DNA of 64,000 nucleotides from Candidatus Woesearchaeota archaeon (lineage in GTDB: Archaea; Nanobdellota; Nanobdellia; Pacearchaeales; GW2011-AR1). Numbering within the stretch: position 1 is the first letter of the stretch; each line of letters starts with the position of its first letter. Below the pieces are notes generated by a model. The model was given only the letters and a program-made list of their open reading frames with translations. It searched no databases and had not been told where the DNA came from. Positions 15,822 to 23,593 of this stretch are shown one piece after another. The position numbers were made by a program, and so were the translations under genes. The stretch covers positions 19,669 to 83,668 of the forward strand of contig CAZHOH010000001.1 of assembly GCA_964534185.1 (NCBI GenBank), written 5' to 3'.

Positions 15822-18065
15822 TCAGTTGTCAATTTCTTGATCCACGTCCACCCACTGGTTGGCCAAGGGGTAGATGACCTTCATGATCGCCTTGTCAATT
15901 CTATGGCTTTTCCCGTTGATCATGTGCCATATTACCCCCCTCAAAACGGCCGGGGCATCTTTCTGGGCGATTCCTAGCTTCTTCTTGGCCTGCGAGTCGC
16001 CCTTGTCGTAGTGCTTGGCCAGAAAGTCGTTGGCCATGGCCAAGATCCTAGACTTTGCCTCGTCGTACTGGGACTCGATCTTGTCCTTGTATTGCTCGGC
16101 CAGTTCGCGCATTTCCTCCGGAATCTCGGCCATTCGAGACTCCGAGACCTTGCCGTCCGACATCGCCTCCCACATCAAGATGGGCGAGAGGCCCATCATG
16201 ACCTTCGACATGTCCTTGTACCAGTCGGTCTTGACCTTTACCCTGCGGCCGTCCTGAAACCTTATGACGTACCCCTCGAAGTGCTTGGCTTTACTCGCCA
16301 CCTCCAGGCAGTCTTCCAGGCTCAGCGAGTCGTAGCGCCGAACGACATGCAAATCGGCCAGTCTGGCCCACTCCTCGACCAGGTCGCGCGGGTACTCCTC
16401 CCCGGTATGGCGGTTGAAGGCCGCCAGCACGTAGAGCCCCGTCTCGTCGTAGTCCAGGATGATCTTCTGGTCATGATTGATGATCTCGAAGACCAGCGTC
16501 GCCTCGTCCGGCAAGGCCGACAGGTTCTTGCGCGAGATGTACTGTGTGGCCCACTGCGACCCAGGGGAATGGAACGACCCCCGGCTGGCCACCTTGTACT
16601 CGCCCTGGTGGCGGTAGAGGACGCCAAGCCATCCATCCAGCTTCTCGTAGACCTCGTAGGGCTTGTCCCACGGGAGGTTCTCGCGAAGGGTCTCCTCGCG
16701 CTCCCCGAGGTTGAAGAACTTTGGAAACGCCCAGGCCACGCACTCCCCCGTCTCAAGATCATAGATGTGGCCACGGCAGTTCAGCGTCACGTCGTCCCAG
16801 GCGCGATCGAATACACACTGGTCGGTATAGGTGTAGATCGCCAGCCTGTCGTCGTCCGTCCTGTCCCCGCGCAGCAGGCCCGCCTCCATGTACGCCTCCC
16901 TGCGGGCGACGTGCTCGTGGGGGTTCTCCTTACACCCGGGGAAGGAGTTCGTCGCGTAGGCGCGCTTGGCCTGGACGTAGTGGGGCCGCTGGGTAGCGGA
17001 GTCCCAGAACTTCAGGTACCCGCCGAACACGCAGCCGCCGTCAAGGTGGGCGATGTTGTTATAGCATGGCCCCGCGGGGTCGGGGTTGTGCCCGAAGAAG
17101 ACCCTCGGGGCGTCGGACGGCCATAGACGGTTCCACAAGATCCCCGTCTGCGCGTCGAAGTAGGAGTCCCCTCCGTAGTAGCGCATGTAGAGGCAGTCGG
17201 ACCTGAACTGCTCGTCCGGGTCTCGCGTCGGGTCGAATCCCGCGTGGACAACGTAGCCATGGGGAACCCGGAGGATCAGTGGGCAGCCCTTGAGGAAGGA
17301 GACGAACTCATCCTTTACCTGCTCGCCGTCCTCGTCCTGCTGGAACGAGTCGATCGTTGCCTGCAGGCCATGGGCTAGCTTGACCGGGTTGCCCTTGGCC
17401 CAGCGCAGGAACTTGTCCTCGTGGTTTCCAAGGACCATGTGGAGGTTGAGGGACATGAGGTGTCGCACCACCCCCAAGGGGTCTGGCCCTCGGTCGATGA
17501 CGTCCCCTACCGAGACGAGCACGTCCTGCTCGGGACGAAACCCAAGCTCGACGAGGCCCTGCTGAAACTCGTCATAGCACCCGTGTATGTCGCCGACGAT
17601 GATGTAGCGGCGGCCCCCGATCTCATCGCGGACGTCCTTAACGAGGACGCTGCACGGGGCTTCGCCCTCTACTGTCAACTCGTCGGCCTCCCTCCTCGAT
17701 GGCGCCTGGAACTGCGAGAAGTACATGCCGAGGGCCTTTCCCGCGTTCTCCGGGCGCAGCGTGGGATGTTTGCCACGCGAGGCGATCCTCTCGCGGCACA
17801 CGTCGCAGTTCTCGTTCAGCCATACGATCTTAGTGTGATAACCGGCCTTCTTGGCGGGAGACAGGTACCGGCGCCGCTGCTGGCGATTGTGGTTGATGCG
17901 GTCGACGACGACGTTGTCCCCGCGCGCCACTGCCTCCTCGAACAGGCGCAGGTGATCCTTGCCCTGATCGTCCTGGGAAACCCGCACGTAGCCCTTGAGG
18001 TTCTTGTCGCAGTAAGTCGTCTTGCCCGACCCCTGCGGGCCAACCATCAGCACGAGATCGCTCAT
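15822..18065 (-). CDS. trifunctional RNA-repair-type enzyme: P-loop polynucleotide kinase + metallophosphatase + RNA ligase (Pnkp-like domain order)
   Basis: 747 aa with ATG at 18065 and AAGGAGG upstream. Walker A GPQGSGKTT. Calcineurin-like motifs GDIHGC, GDVIDRG and GNHE. C-terminal ligase motifs EKLDGW (KxDG), FEII, EGYVIR and KVKTDWY. Confidence 0.75.
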   Translation of the reverse strand: MSDLVLMVGPQGSGKTTYCDKNLKGYVRVSQDDQGKDHLRLFEEAVARGDNVVVDRINHNRQQRRRYLSPAKKAGYHTKIVWLNENCDVCRERIASRGKHPTLRPENAGKALGMYFSQFQAPSRREADELTVEGEAPCSVLVKDVRDEIGGRRYIIVGDIHGCYDEFQQGLVELGFRPEQDVLVSVGDVIDRGPDPLGVVRHLMSLNLHMVLGNHEDKFLRWAKGNPVKLAHGLQATIDSFQQDEDGEQVKDEFVSFLKGCPLILRVPHGYVVHAGFDPTRDPDEQFRSDCLYMRYYGGDSYFDAQTGILWNRLWPSDAPRVFFGHNPDPAGPCYNNIAHLDGGCVFGGYLKFWDSATQRPHYVQAKRAYATNSFPGCKENPHEHVARREAYMEAGLLRGDRTDDDRLAIYTYTDQCVFDRAWDDVTLNCRGHIYDLETGECVAWAFPKFFNLGEREETLRENLPWDKPYEVYEKLDGWLGVLYRHQGEYKVASRGSFHSPGSQWATQYISRKNLSALPDEATLVFEIINHDQKIILDYDETGLYVLAAFNRHTGEEYPRDLVEEWARLADLHVVRRYDSLSLEDCLEVASKAKHFEGYVIRFQDGRRVKVKTDWYKDMSKVMMGLSPILMWEAMSDGKVSESRMAEIPEEMRELAEQYKDKIESQYDEAKSRILAMANDFLAKHYDKGDSQAKKKLGIAQKDAPAVLRGVIWHMINGKSHRIDKAIMKVIYPLANQWVDVDQEIDN

Positions 18066-18083
18066 CTTGCCTCCTTGCCGGGT

Positions 18084-18112
18084 ATTCTACCAACGCACGA
18101 CAGGTTCGGCAA
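18084..18112 (-). promoter_or_regulatory. candidate sigma70-type promoter (-35 TTGCCG, 17-nt spacer, -10 TAGAAT)
   Basis: Read on the minus strand, immediately upstream of the ribosome-binding site of the kinase-phosphatase-ligase gene. Confidence 0.4.
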
Positions 18113-18122
18113 CAGCCGGAAA

Positions 18123-19112
18123 TCAATCGTCGATGCGGCTCAATAGGTCTGATTTGAGCGCGTCGGGCAATGCCTTCAAAATAAGCAGCCATTCCTCTGT
18201 GTTTTTGACGGGATGAAGAGTGAATATCTCGTTGGCCCTTGAAATGGCTTGATTTGCGACCCCGGGGCCTACGCGACCCTCAGCCACGTCGTAATGGAGC
18301 CTTTTCTCGTCCTCGTAATAGCAGACTCTCTCGGATAAAGGTTTGGTTTTTCGAGCCTCAAATCTAGCCTTTCTCAGATATATACCGAAGAACAACTCGC
18401 TGCTAGTAATCGTATTGTCACGCATGACGAGAGGGAATGTGTTGCCTGGGATCTCATTCAGGACGAGAGATACAGCCCTGCGTGATAGCCACCAGAAATG
18501 GCCCTGAAGAGAATGCAGGCAACCTATGTTAGGAACGTCTCTATGGTTCCTCTGCCATTGCTCCGATGCATTGTCGTACCTCTTTCTGATCAGTTTGGGC
18601 AGGTAGCGCACCAGTAAGCCTGACACGTCATACGGGGCAGCATCATGGCGCAAGATCAGGGTGTCCGGGTCTACGACGGCCAGAAAATCCGAGTCGCCCT
18701 GATTGATGAATTTACGAAAAATGTCCCTGTACGAGGAGAAGAGGTGATGCCTGTTGTCTCCGGCAAAGACGCTCAGCGGTAGTCCTACGTCGGGCAGTTT
18801 CCTTTCGCGACGCTGGCATATCCATACATTACCAACGTTTTGAAAGGCGGTAACGGCGAGCCTGAGGCATCTGTGGATGACCTCGTCCGGCTCGTCATAG
18901 ACCAAAGCAGCCACGTCTATCTTCATTTTTCTTCTAGGGGCGCCTCCCGTCGCAAGCACCGAACCGATCCCCTCGACCTCAACCTGCTTGGCCTTGGCCT
19001 TGGCCTTGGCCTTGGCTTTGGCCGGAGGATTGAGCGAGAAGCCCCAGCACCTCTCAGATCCGTAGGAGCAACCTCGTCCCCCGGGGGACGAGGTTTTTCT
19101 TTGTCGAGCCAT
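18123..19112 (-). CDS. leader-bearing protein, possible GT-A glycosyltransferase
   Basis: Starts with the shared leader MARQRKTSSPGGRGCSYGSERCWGFSLNPPA, then (AK)n. The body carries FLAVVDPDT (DxD-like). The functional assignment is weak. Confidence 0.6.
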   Translation of the reverse strand: MARQRKTSSPGGRGCSYGSERCWGFSLNPPAKAKAKAKAKAKQVEVEGIGSVLATGGAPRRKMKIDVAALVYDEPDEVIHRCLRLAVTAFQNVGNVWICQRRERKLPDVGLPLSVFAGDNRHHLFSSYRDIFRKFINQGDSDFLAVVDPDTLILRHDAAPYDVSGLLVRYLPKLIRKRYDNASEQWQRNHRDVPNIGCLHSLQGHFWWLSRRAVSLVLNEIPGNTFPLVMRDNTITSSELFFGIYLRKARFEARKTKPLSERVCYYEDEKRLHYDVAEGRVGPGVANQAISRANEIFTLHPVKNTEEWLLILKALPDALKSDLLSRIDD

Positions 19113-19159
19113 GTTGCCTCCTACCAGCCTGTTGGGATGCCGAGAGAAAAATCCCTTCC
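19021..19159 (-). repeat. conserved 5' UTR + leader cassette, copy A
   Basis: Covers about 45 nt upstream of the ATG (including GGTAGGAGGCAAC) plus about 31 codons. It contains the 26-nt perfect palindrome 19070-19095. A few mismatches separate it from copies B and C. Confidence 0.9.
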
Positions 19160-19167
19160 AGGAGATG

Positions 19168-19197
19168 TTACATTCAACTTCAAGTGGCCCGTATAAT
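19168..19197 (+). promoter_or_regulatory. candidate promoter giving a leaderless dcm transcript
   Basis: -35-like TTACAT at 19168-19173. -10 TATAAT at 19192-19197. Exactly 6 nt separate the -10 from ATG 19204, and there is no SD sequence. Confidence 0.35.
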
Positions 19198-19203
19198 TAC
19201 GGA

Positions 19204-20346
19204 ATGAACATCGTATCGCTGTTTACGGGAGCCATGGGGCTAGATCTGGGGCTAGAGGCCGCGGGCTTCCAGGCCGAGGTATGCGCCGACACCGACCGGT
19301 TCTGCCGCGAGACCATCGCCGCCAACAAGCCAGAGTCCAGGATCCTCGATGACGTCGCCAAGGTAACGATAGACACGGCGCCGCGAAACCCCTGCATAGT
19401 GGCAGGGGGGCCTCCCTGCCAGTCATGGTCGACGGCCGGCAGGCGCAAGGGGTTCGACGACCCCCGGGGGGAACAAGTCCTAGAGTTTGGGCGGGTGGTT
19501 GCCGACTTGCGGCCCCGCTTTTTCGTGATGGAGAACGTGCGCGGACTCACCTCCATGCTGACCGGCGACAACCGCTTGGCCATAAACGTCATAGAGGAAG
19601 AGTTCGAGTCCATCGGCTACAAGGTGGTCCGCGGCGTGCTGAACGCGGTCGACTATGGAACCCCACAGTTTCGGGACAGACTCATCATGATCGGATCCCG
19701 CGACGGCGAAGACATCTTCCTGCCATTGCCCACGCACTTCCAGAAACACCAGGAAGAAAGCATGAGGTGGGTGACTCTTGGCAAAGCCCTCCAGGGCATA
19801 GCCATAGATTCCCCGGGGGACTTCCAGGAATTCTCGCCCCGGCGCAAATCATGGCTGGAGAAGATCCCCCCGGGGGGGAATTGGAAGAGCCTGTCGGAGC
19901 AAGACCAGAGGAAGGCCATGGGAGAGGCCTACAACTCTGGGGGAGGCAAGACAGGCTTCTTCCGCCGGTTGTCCTACGACGAGCCCTCCCCGACGCTGGT
20001 GACCTCGCCGACGCAGAAATCCACGATTTTGTGCCACCCGGAGAAAACCCGCCCCCTAAGCACGCTGGAATACGCGCGGATACAGGACTTCCCCCGGGGG
20101 TGGAGCATACGGGGGAACACAACGGAAGTCTACAGGCAGATAGGGAACGCCGTCCCCGTCAGGCTTGGGCGCGCAATCGGGCAGGCGTTGCTCTCGACCA
20201 TGAGCAAAAGCCACGTGGTAAAGGCCTCCCGCGTGCGCAAAGACGCCAGCGAGGAAGAAAGGACGCCAGTCCGCCCGCGCAAGAGAGCGGAGGAAGAAGA
20301 GCTCACCAAAGCAGGCATGGAGGCCTGGGGGATGCAAGATGTTTGA
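19204..20346 (+). CDS. dcm: DNA (cytosine-5)-methyltransferase
   Basis: Trimmed to ATG 19204 (MNIVSLFTGAMGLDLGLE, motif I). Also GGPPCQSWS (motif IV), FVMENVRGL (VI), QFRDRLIMIG (VIII) and GNAVPV (X). Confidence 0.9.
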   Translation: MNIVSLFTGAMGLDLGLEAAGFQAEVCADTDRFCRETIAANKPESRILDDVAKVTIDTAPRNPCIVAGGPPCQSWSTAGRRKGFDDPRGEQVLEFGRVVADLRPRFFVMENVRGLTSMLTGDNRLAINVIEEEFESIGYKVVRGVLNAVDYGTPQFRDRLIMIGSRDGEDIFLPLPTHFQKHQEESMRWVTLGKALQGIAIDSPGDFQEFSPRRKSWLEKIPPGGNWKSLSEQDQRKAMGEAYNSGGGKTGFFRRLSYDEPSPTLVTSPTQKSTILCHPEKTRPLSTLEYARIQDFPRGWSIRGNTTEVYRQIGNAVPVRLGRAIGQALLSTMSKSHVVKASRVRKDASEEERTPVRPRKRAEEEELTKAGMEAWGMQDV

Positions 20347-21124
20347 CGATTTGAACGTAACCACCGAAGTAAAAAAGGCGTGGGTTAACCGATTCAAAGC
20401 ATTTGAACACGGAACTGCCTACCTTCTTCCATACAAGGTCAAACAGATCCGCAAAGTAGTTGTTCGCGCCGTGGAACCAGAATACGAACTTGAAATGTCA
20501 TCCGGTAACAAGGTTATAGCCGACCTAAAAAACCAACTGACGCCTTTCTTCTCGGTCAACAGCCAGCTAGACGCAATGCTCAGGCTTCCTGAGGAAACGT
20601 TGCGCGCAATCAAGGAGGCCGGACTGATCGGCAAGGGCATGGCCCGAAGGGACATGGTGCACCCTGGATTCTCGCGGCTGGAGGACGCCGTCTCCATCAA
20701 CGTCAAGACCATAGTCAAGTATCCCCGGGATACTGCCCTGATAATCGTGGTGTCCTGGAACAAGCCTTGGAAAGGCAGAATGGCCAATGATCCCGTCAAC
20801 TCAATCTACGCAACTACGGTCGGCAAGGTCAGGGACCTTGTTGCGGACCGGCCTCTTGTTCACTGTTACAAGAGACGTTTGCCCGTAAAGGACGGGGTCG
20901 AAGTATACCCGAGCACCGTGGAAGAGCTCTGTTACTCGCCGATCAATGACGAGAATGGAGAAAGAAACTCAGCGGCATCGGCCATTCTGGACATCAATGA
21001 CTTCAAAAGGATCGCGACCTTCGACCCCGATTGGCTTGAAGAAACAAAACGTGTTGGCGAACGCTTGCACGAACAAGCCCTTCAGGACAAGAAAAAAGAA
21101 CTAACCGACTTCCTGGGCTTCTGA
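20339..21124 (+). CDS. hypothetical protein (261 aa), translationally coupled to dcm
   Basis: ATG at 20339 overlaps the dcm stop by 8 nt. No motif recognised. Confidence 0.6.
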   Translation: MFDDLNVTTEVKKAWVNRFKAFEHGTAYLLPYKVKQIRKVVVRAVEPEYELEMSSGNKVIADLKNQLTPFFSVNSQLDAMLRLPEETLRAIKEAGLIGKGMARRDMVHPGFSRLEDAVSINVKTIVKYPRDTALIIVVSWNKPWKGRMANDPVNSIYATTVGKVRDLVADRPLVHCYKRRLPVKDGVEVYPSTVEELCYSPINDENGERNSAASAILDINDFKRIATFDPDWLEETKRVGERLHEQALQDKKKELTDFLGF

Positions 21125-21163
21125 TGTTAAAACGAGCCCCCTCCACGTCCCCCCGGGGCGCCA

Positions 21164-21327
21164 GGGAAGGAATTTTTCTCTCGGCATCCCAACAGGCTGG
21201 TAGGAGGCAACATGGCTCGACAAAGAAAAACCTCGTCCCCCGGGGGACGAGGTTGTTCCTACGGATCCAAGAGGTGCTGGGGCTTCTCGCTCAATCCTCC
21301 GGCCGCGGCCCCACGTCAGGCCAAGGT
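21164..21327 (+). repeat. conserved 5' UTR + leader cassette, copy B
   Basis: No mismatch noted by eye against copy C (reverse complement) over about 160 nt. It contains the palindrome 21229-21254. Confidence 0.9.
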
Positions 21328-23593
21328 CGAGGCCAAGGTCAAGGCCAAGGTCAAGGCCAAGAACAAGGAGGAAGAGACGGTCATCGAACTAGCCTCATTG
21401 AACCCGGACGTCGTCTACTCGACCCAAGGCGGCGGGTTCGGCGACCACTGGCTCCTCTGCGGCGCTCTCCTACAGGCAAGTGAACTGCATGGCAAGCCAT
21501 TCAGGCTGCGCCGGGGCAAGACGAGGGGTGAACCAAGGCCTTTCGCCGTGGACTACCAGGAGTACTTCGACACGCAAGGAGAGATCGTCGAGTCGGACAG
21601 CGAAGCCAAAGTCGTATTCTTCTCCAGGGATGGCGGCAAGAACGACCTCGAAAGGCTCATGAAAGACGGGTATGACAATCCTGTCCCGGAGCGCATCATC
21701 CCCTGGAACTACCTTTTCGAGGTTCCCCTTGCCAAGACAAGAAAAACACACCTTGGATTGCGCTCCAGGGTCATCGCCTATCAGTTCAGGGCCAGATCCA
21801 GAAAGGACATCAAGGAATGCGCCCCCGGGGAGGAGGATCGCTTCCTGGAGGAGGCGGCGCTCGCCGGCTATAGAACGATCGAGGTAGGGAAGCATGTCCC
21901 CTTGGATAGATGTTTGGAAGTTCTGTCATGGTGCGAGTTCTACGTCGGCATAGACACAGGACCTACCCACCTCGCGCTCAACGTCGGCGCGCCGACGTGG
22001 GTCGTCCGCAACGGCGCCGACCTTGACTTTACATACAAGCATAGGAACATCACCGCGCTTCCGCGCCTCGGGGACGCAGGCTCTCTCCTGACGGCCTGCC
22101 AGCCACAAAAGAAAGCCTCCTTCCTCGTCCCCTGCAAGAACCGCTTGGAGTTTGCCAAGCAGACTCTCCCTCTGCTGGATTTCTTCGTGGGACAGGGGCA
22201 CGAGGTCATATTCGTGGACTACGATTGCCCGCAACGATCAGGGGAGTGGGTCAAGAGCAACCATCCCGGCGTGACGGTCATCGAGGTAAAGGACAAGAAA
22301 AAGTATAACGCTGGAGAGGCTCGCAACCTAGCGGCCGCGGCGGCTAGGAACGACTGGCTTTGCTGGATGGACTGCGACATAAAAGTCCATCCGAACTTCC
22401 TGGCCGAGCTGTGCCGCCTGGAAAAAGGCCAGTTCCTGTTCTTCGCCAAGAACGACCTCGTCCCCCGCAGGGGGATGGGTGGCTTGATGGCATGCTCCCG
22501 AGACGCGTATTACGAAGCAGGAGGCTACAGCAGTTACTACGACGAGTACGGCGGCAAAGACATAGAGTTCAAGTACAGGCTCTTCCAGAACGGAGAGGAG
22601 CCGCTGCAAGTCAACCCGCTCTGCGTCGAGCACGTCCCGCACCCTGATCATCTAAGGGTTCAGTTCTACGACAAGAAGAACCGACGGCTCGCGATCAAGG
22701 ACAGCAACGCGGCGCTCAAGCAACGCATGCGGCACTTCGCAAAGAGAAACGAGCCACCCCCGTGGCAATTGAACTATGACAAGGCCGAGTACTCTCAGTT
22801 CTTCAACAAGGTCATCGTCAAACAACTTAGCCTTCATGTCACCGACCATTGCAACTTCAACTGCATCGGGTGCAACCACGCTTCCCCATACTACGAGCCG
22901 AACAATCTCGACCCGGTATGCTTCTCGGAGCCGCTCCAGAAACTGGGGGAATTCTGCTACGCCAAGGAAATACACCTAGTTGGAGGAGAACCCTTCCTGC
23001 ACCCTGACCTGTACGGATTCATCCGCTCCATCAAGGAGAGCAACAAGGTAAGCGACTTCATTCGCCTCTATACAAACGGCTTCTGGCTGTCAGAGCGCGG
23101 CCTGCTGCGTCACGCGCCAGTCCTCGACCAAATAGATGCGCTTCATGTCAGCATGCACCCCGAGTCCCCCGGGGGCGAGGTTGTTGAACAGATGCTGAGA
23201 ACGATCAAGAAGAAACATCACATAGTGGCCCAGAAACACCGTAACGACAGGTTTTACAAGGTCGGGTTTCGAGAATCCCCCGCTGGGAGAGGATCCTGTC
23301 CCGTCAAGAAGTGCATGCACCTGTTGCCTGACGGAAGACTGGTCAAATGTGCCGTCGCGGGCTACTACGCCCCGAAAAGCGAGGATGTTACGAAAGGCTT
23401 CATGGACCATTCCGGATCCGCTTTCTACGATGTGTCCCAGGGAAATTGCGAAAGCTTTGCCAAGTGGTATAATGGCATGGCTCAGTGCTGCAGGTTCTGT
23501 GGCTACGCGGAAGACTCCATACCATACGTGGGCAGAGTTGCAGGAGTTGGTCATGTCAAGAATCAGCGGAACAAAAGAGTGGGCGACGGATAG
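21212..23593 (+). CDS. leader-bearing multidomain protein: GT9-like (GT-B) + GT2-like (GT-A) + radical SAM domain
   Basis: 793 aa. Shared leader plus a K/V/A/E repeat linker. GIDTGPTHLALNVGAPTWVV is heptosyltransferase-like. FLVPCKN...IFVDYDCP...WMDCD is GT2/DxD. LHVTDHCNFNCIGCNH (CxxxCxxC, nt 22850-22873) with LVGGEPFLHP. Confidence 0.7.
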   Translation: MARQRKTSSPGGRGCSYGSKRCWGFSLNPPAAAPRQAKVEAKVKAKVKAKNKEEETVIELASLNPDVVYSTQGGGFGDHWLLCGALLQASELHGKPFRLRRGKTRGEPRPFAVDYQEYFDTQGEIVESDSEAKVVFFSRDGGKNDLERLMKDGYDNPVPERIIPWNYLFEVPLAKTRKTHLGLRSRVIAYQFRARSRKDIKECAPGEEDRFLEEAALAGYRTIEVGKHVPLDRCLEVLSWCEFYVGIDTGPTHLALNVGAPTWVVRNGADLDFTYKHRNITALPRLGDAGSLLTACQPQKKASFLVPCKNRLEFAKQTLPLLDFFVGQGHEVIFVDYDCPQRSGEWVKSNHPGVTVIEVKDKKKYNAGEARNLAAAAARNDWLCWMDCDIKVHPNFLAELCRLEKGQFLFFAKNDLVPRRGMGGLMACSRDAYYEAGGYSSYYDEYGGKDIEFKYRLFQNGEEPLQVNPLCVEHVPHPDHLRVQFYDKKNRRLAIKDSNAALKQRMRHFAKRNEPPPWQLNYDKAEYSQFFNKVIVKQLSLHVTDHCNFNCIGCNHASPYYEPNNLDPVCFSEPLQKLGEFCYAKEIHLVGGEPFLHPDLYGFIRSIKESNKVSDFIRLYTNGFWLSERGLLRHAPVLDQIDALHVSMHPESPGGEVVEQMLRTIKKKHHIVAQKHRNDRFYKVGFRESPAGRGSCPVKKCMHLLPDGRLVKCAVAGYYAPKSEDVTKGFMDHSGSAFYDVSQGNCESFAKWYNGMAQCCRFCGYAEDSIPYVGRVAGVGHVKNQRNKRVGDG

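Noticed and set aside
18987-19022. Hexamer tandem repeat considered as a CRISPR-like or satellite array
   Set aside because: There are no spacers and the unit is only 6 nt. It lies in frame inside a CDS, encoding (AK)n. It is a coding low-complexity linker, not a CRISPR array.
19070-19105. Leader palindrome plus T-run interpreted as the ordinary terminator of a neighbouring gene
   Set aside because: In all three copies the terminator orientation is antisense to the gene that contains it, and no convergent gene ends there. It is reported as an unexplained element instead.
21124-21483. ORFs reading the leader cassettes in other frames or strands: 21124..21483, 42002..42193, and the 19111 and 42119 N-terminal extensions
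   Set aside because: They are by-products of the repeat. Only the MARQRK frame has a strong AGGAGG site in all three copies and continues into the long gene bodies.
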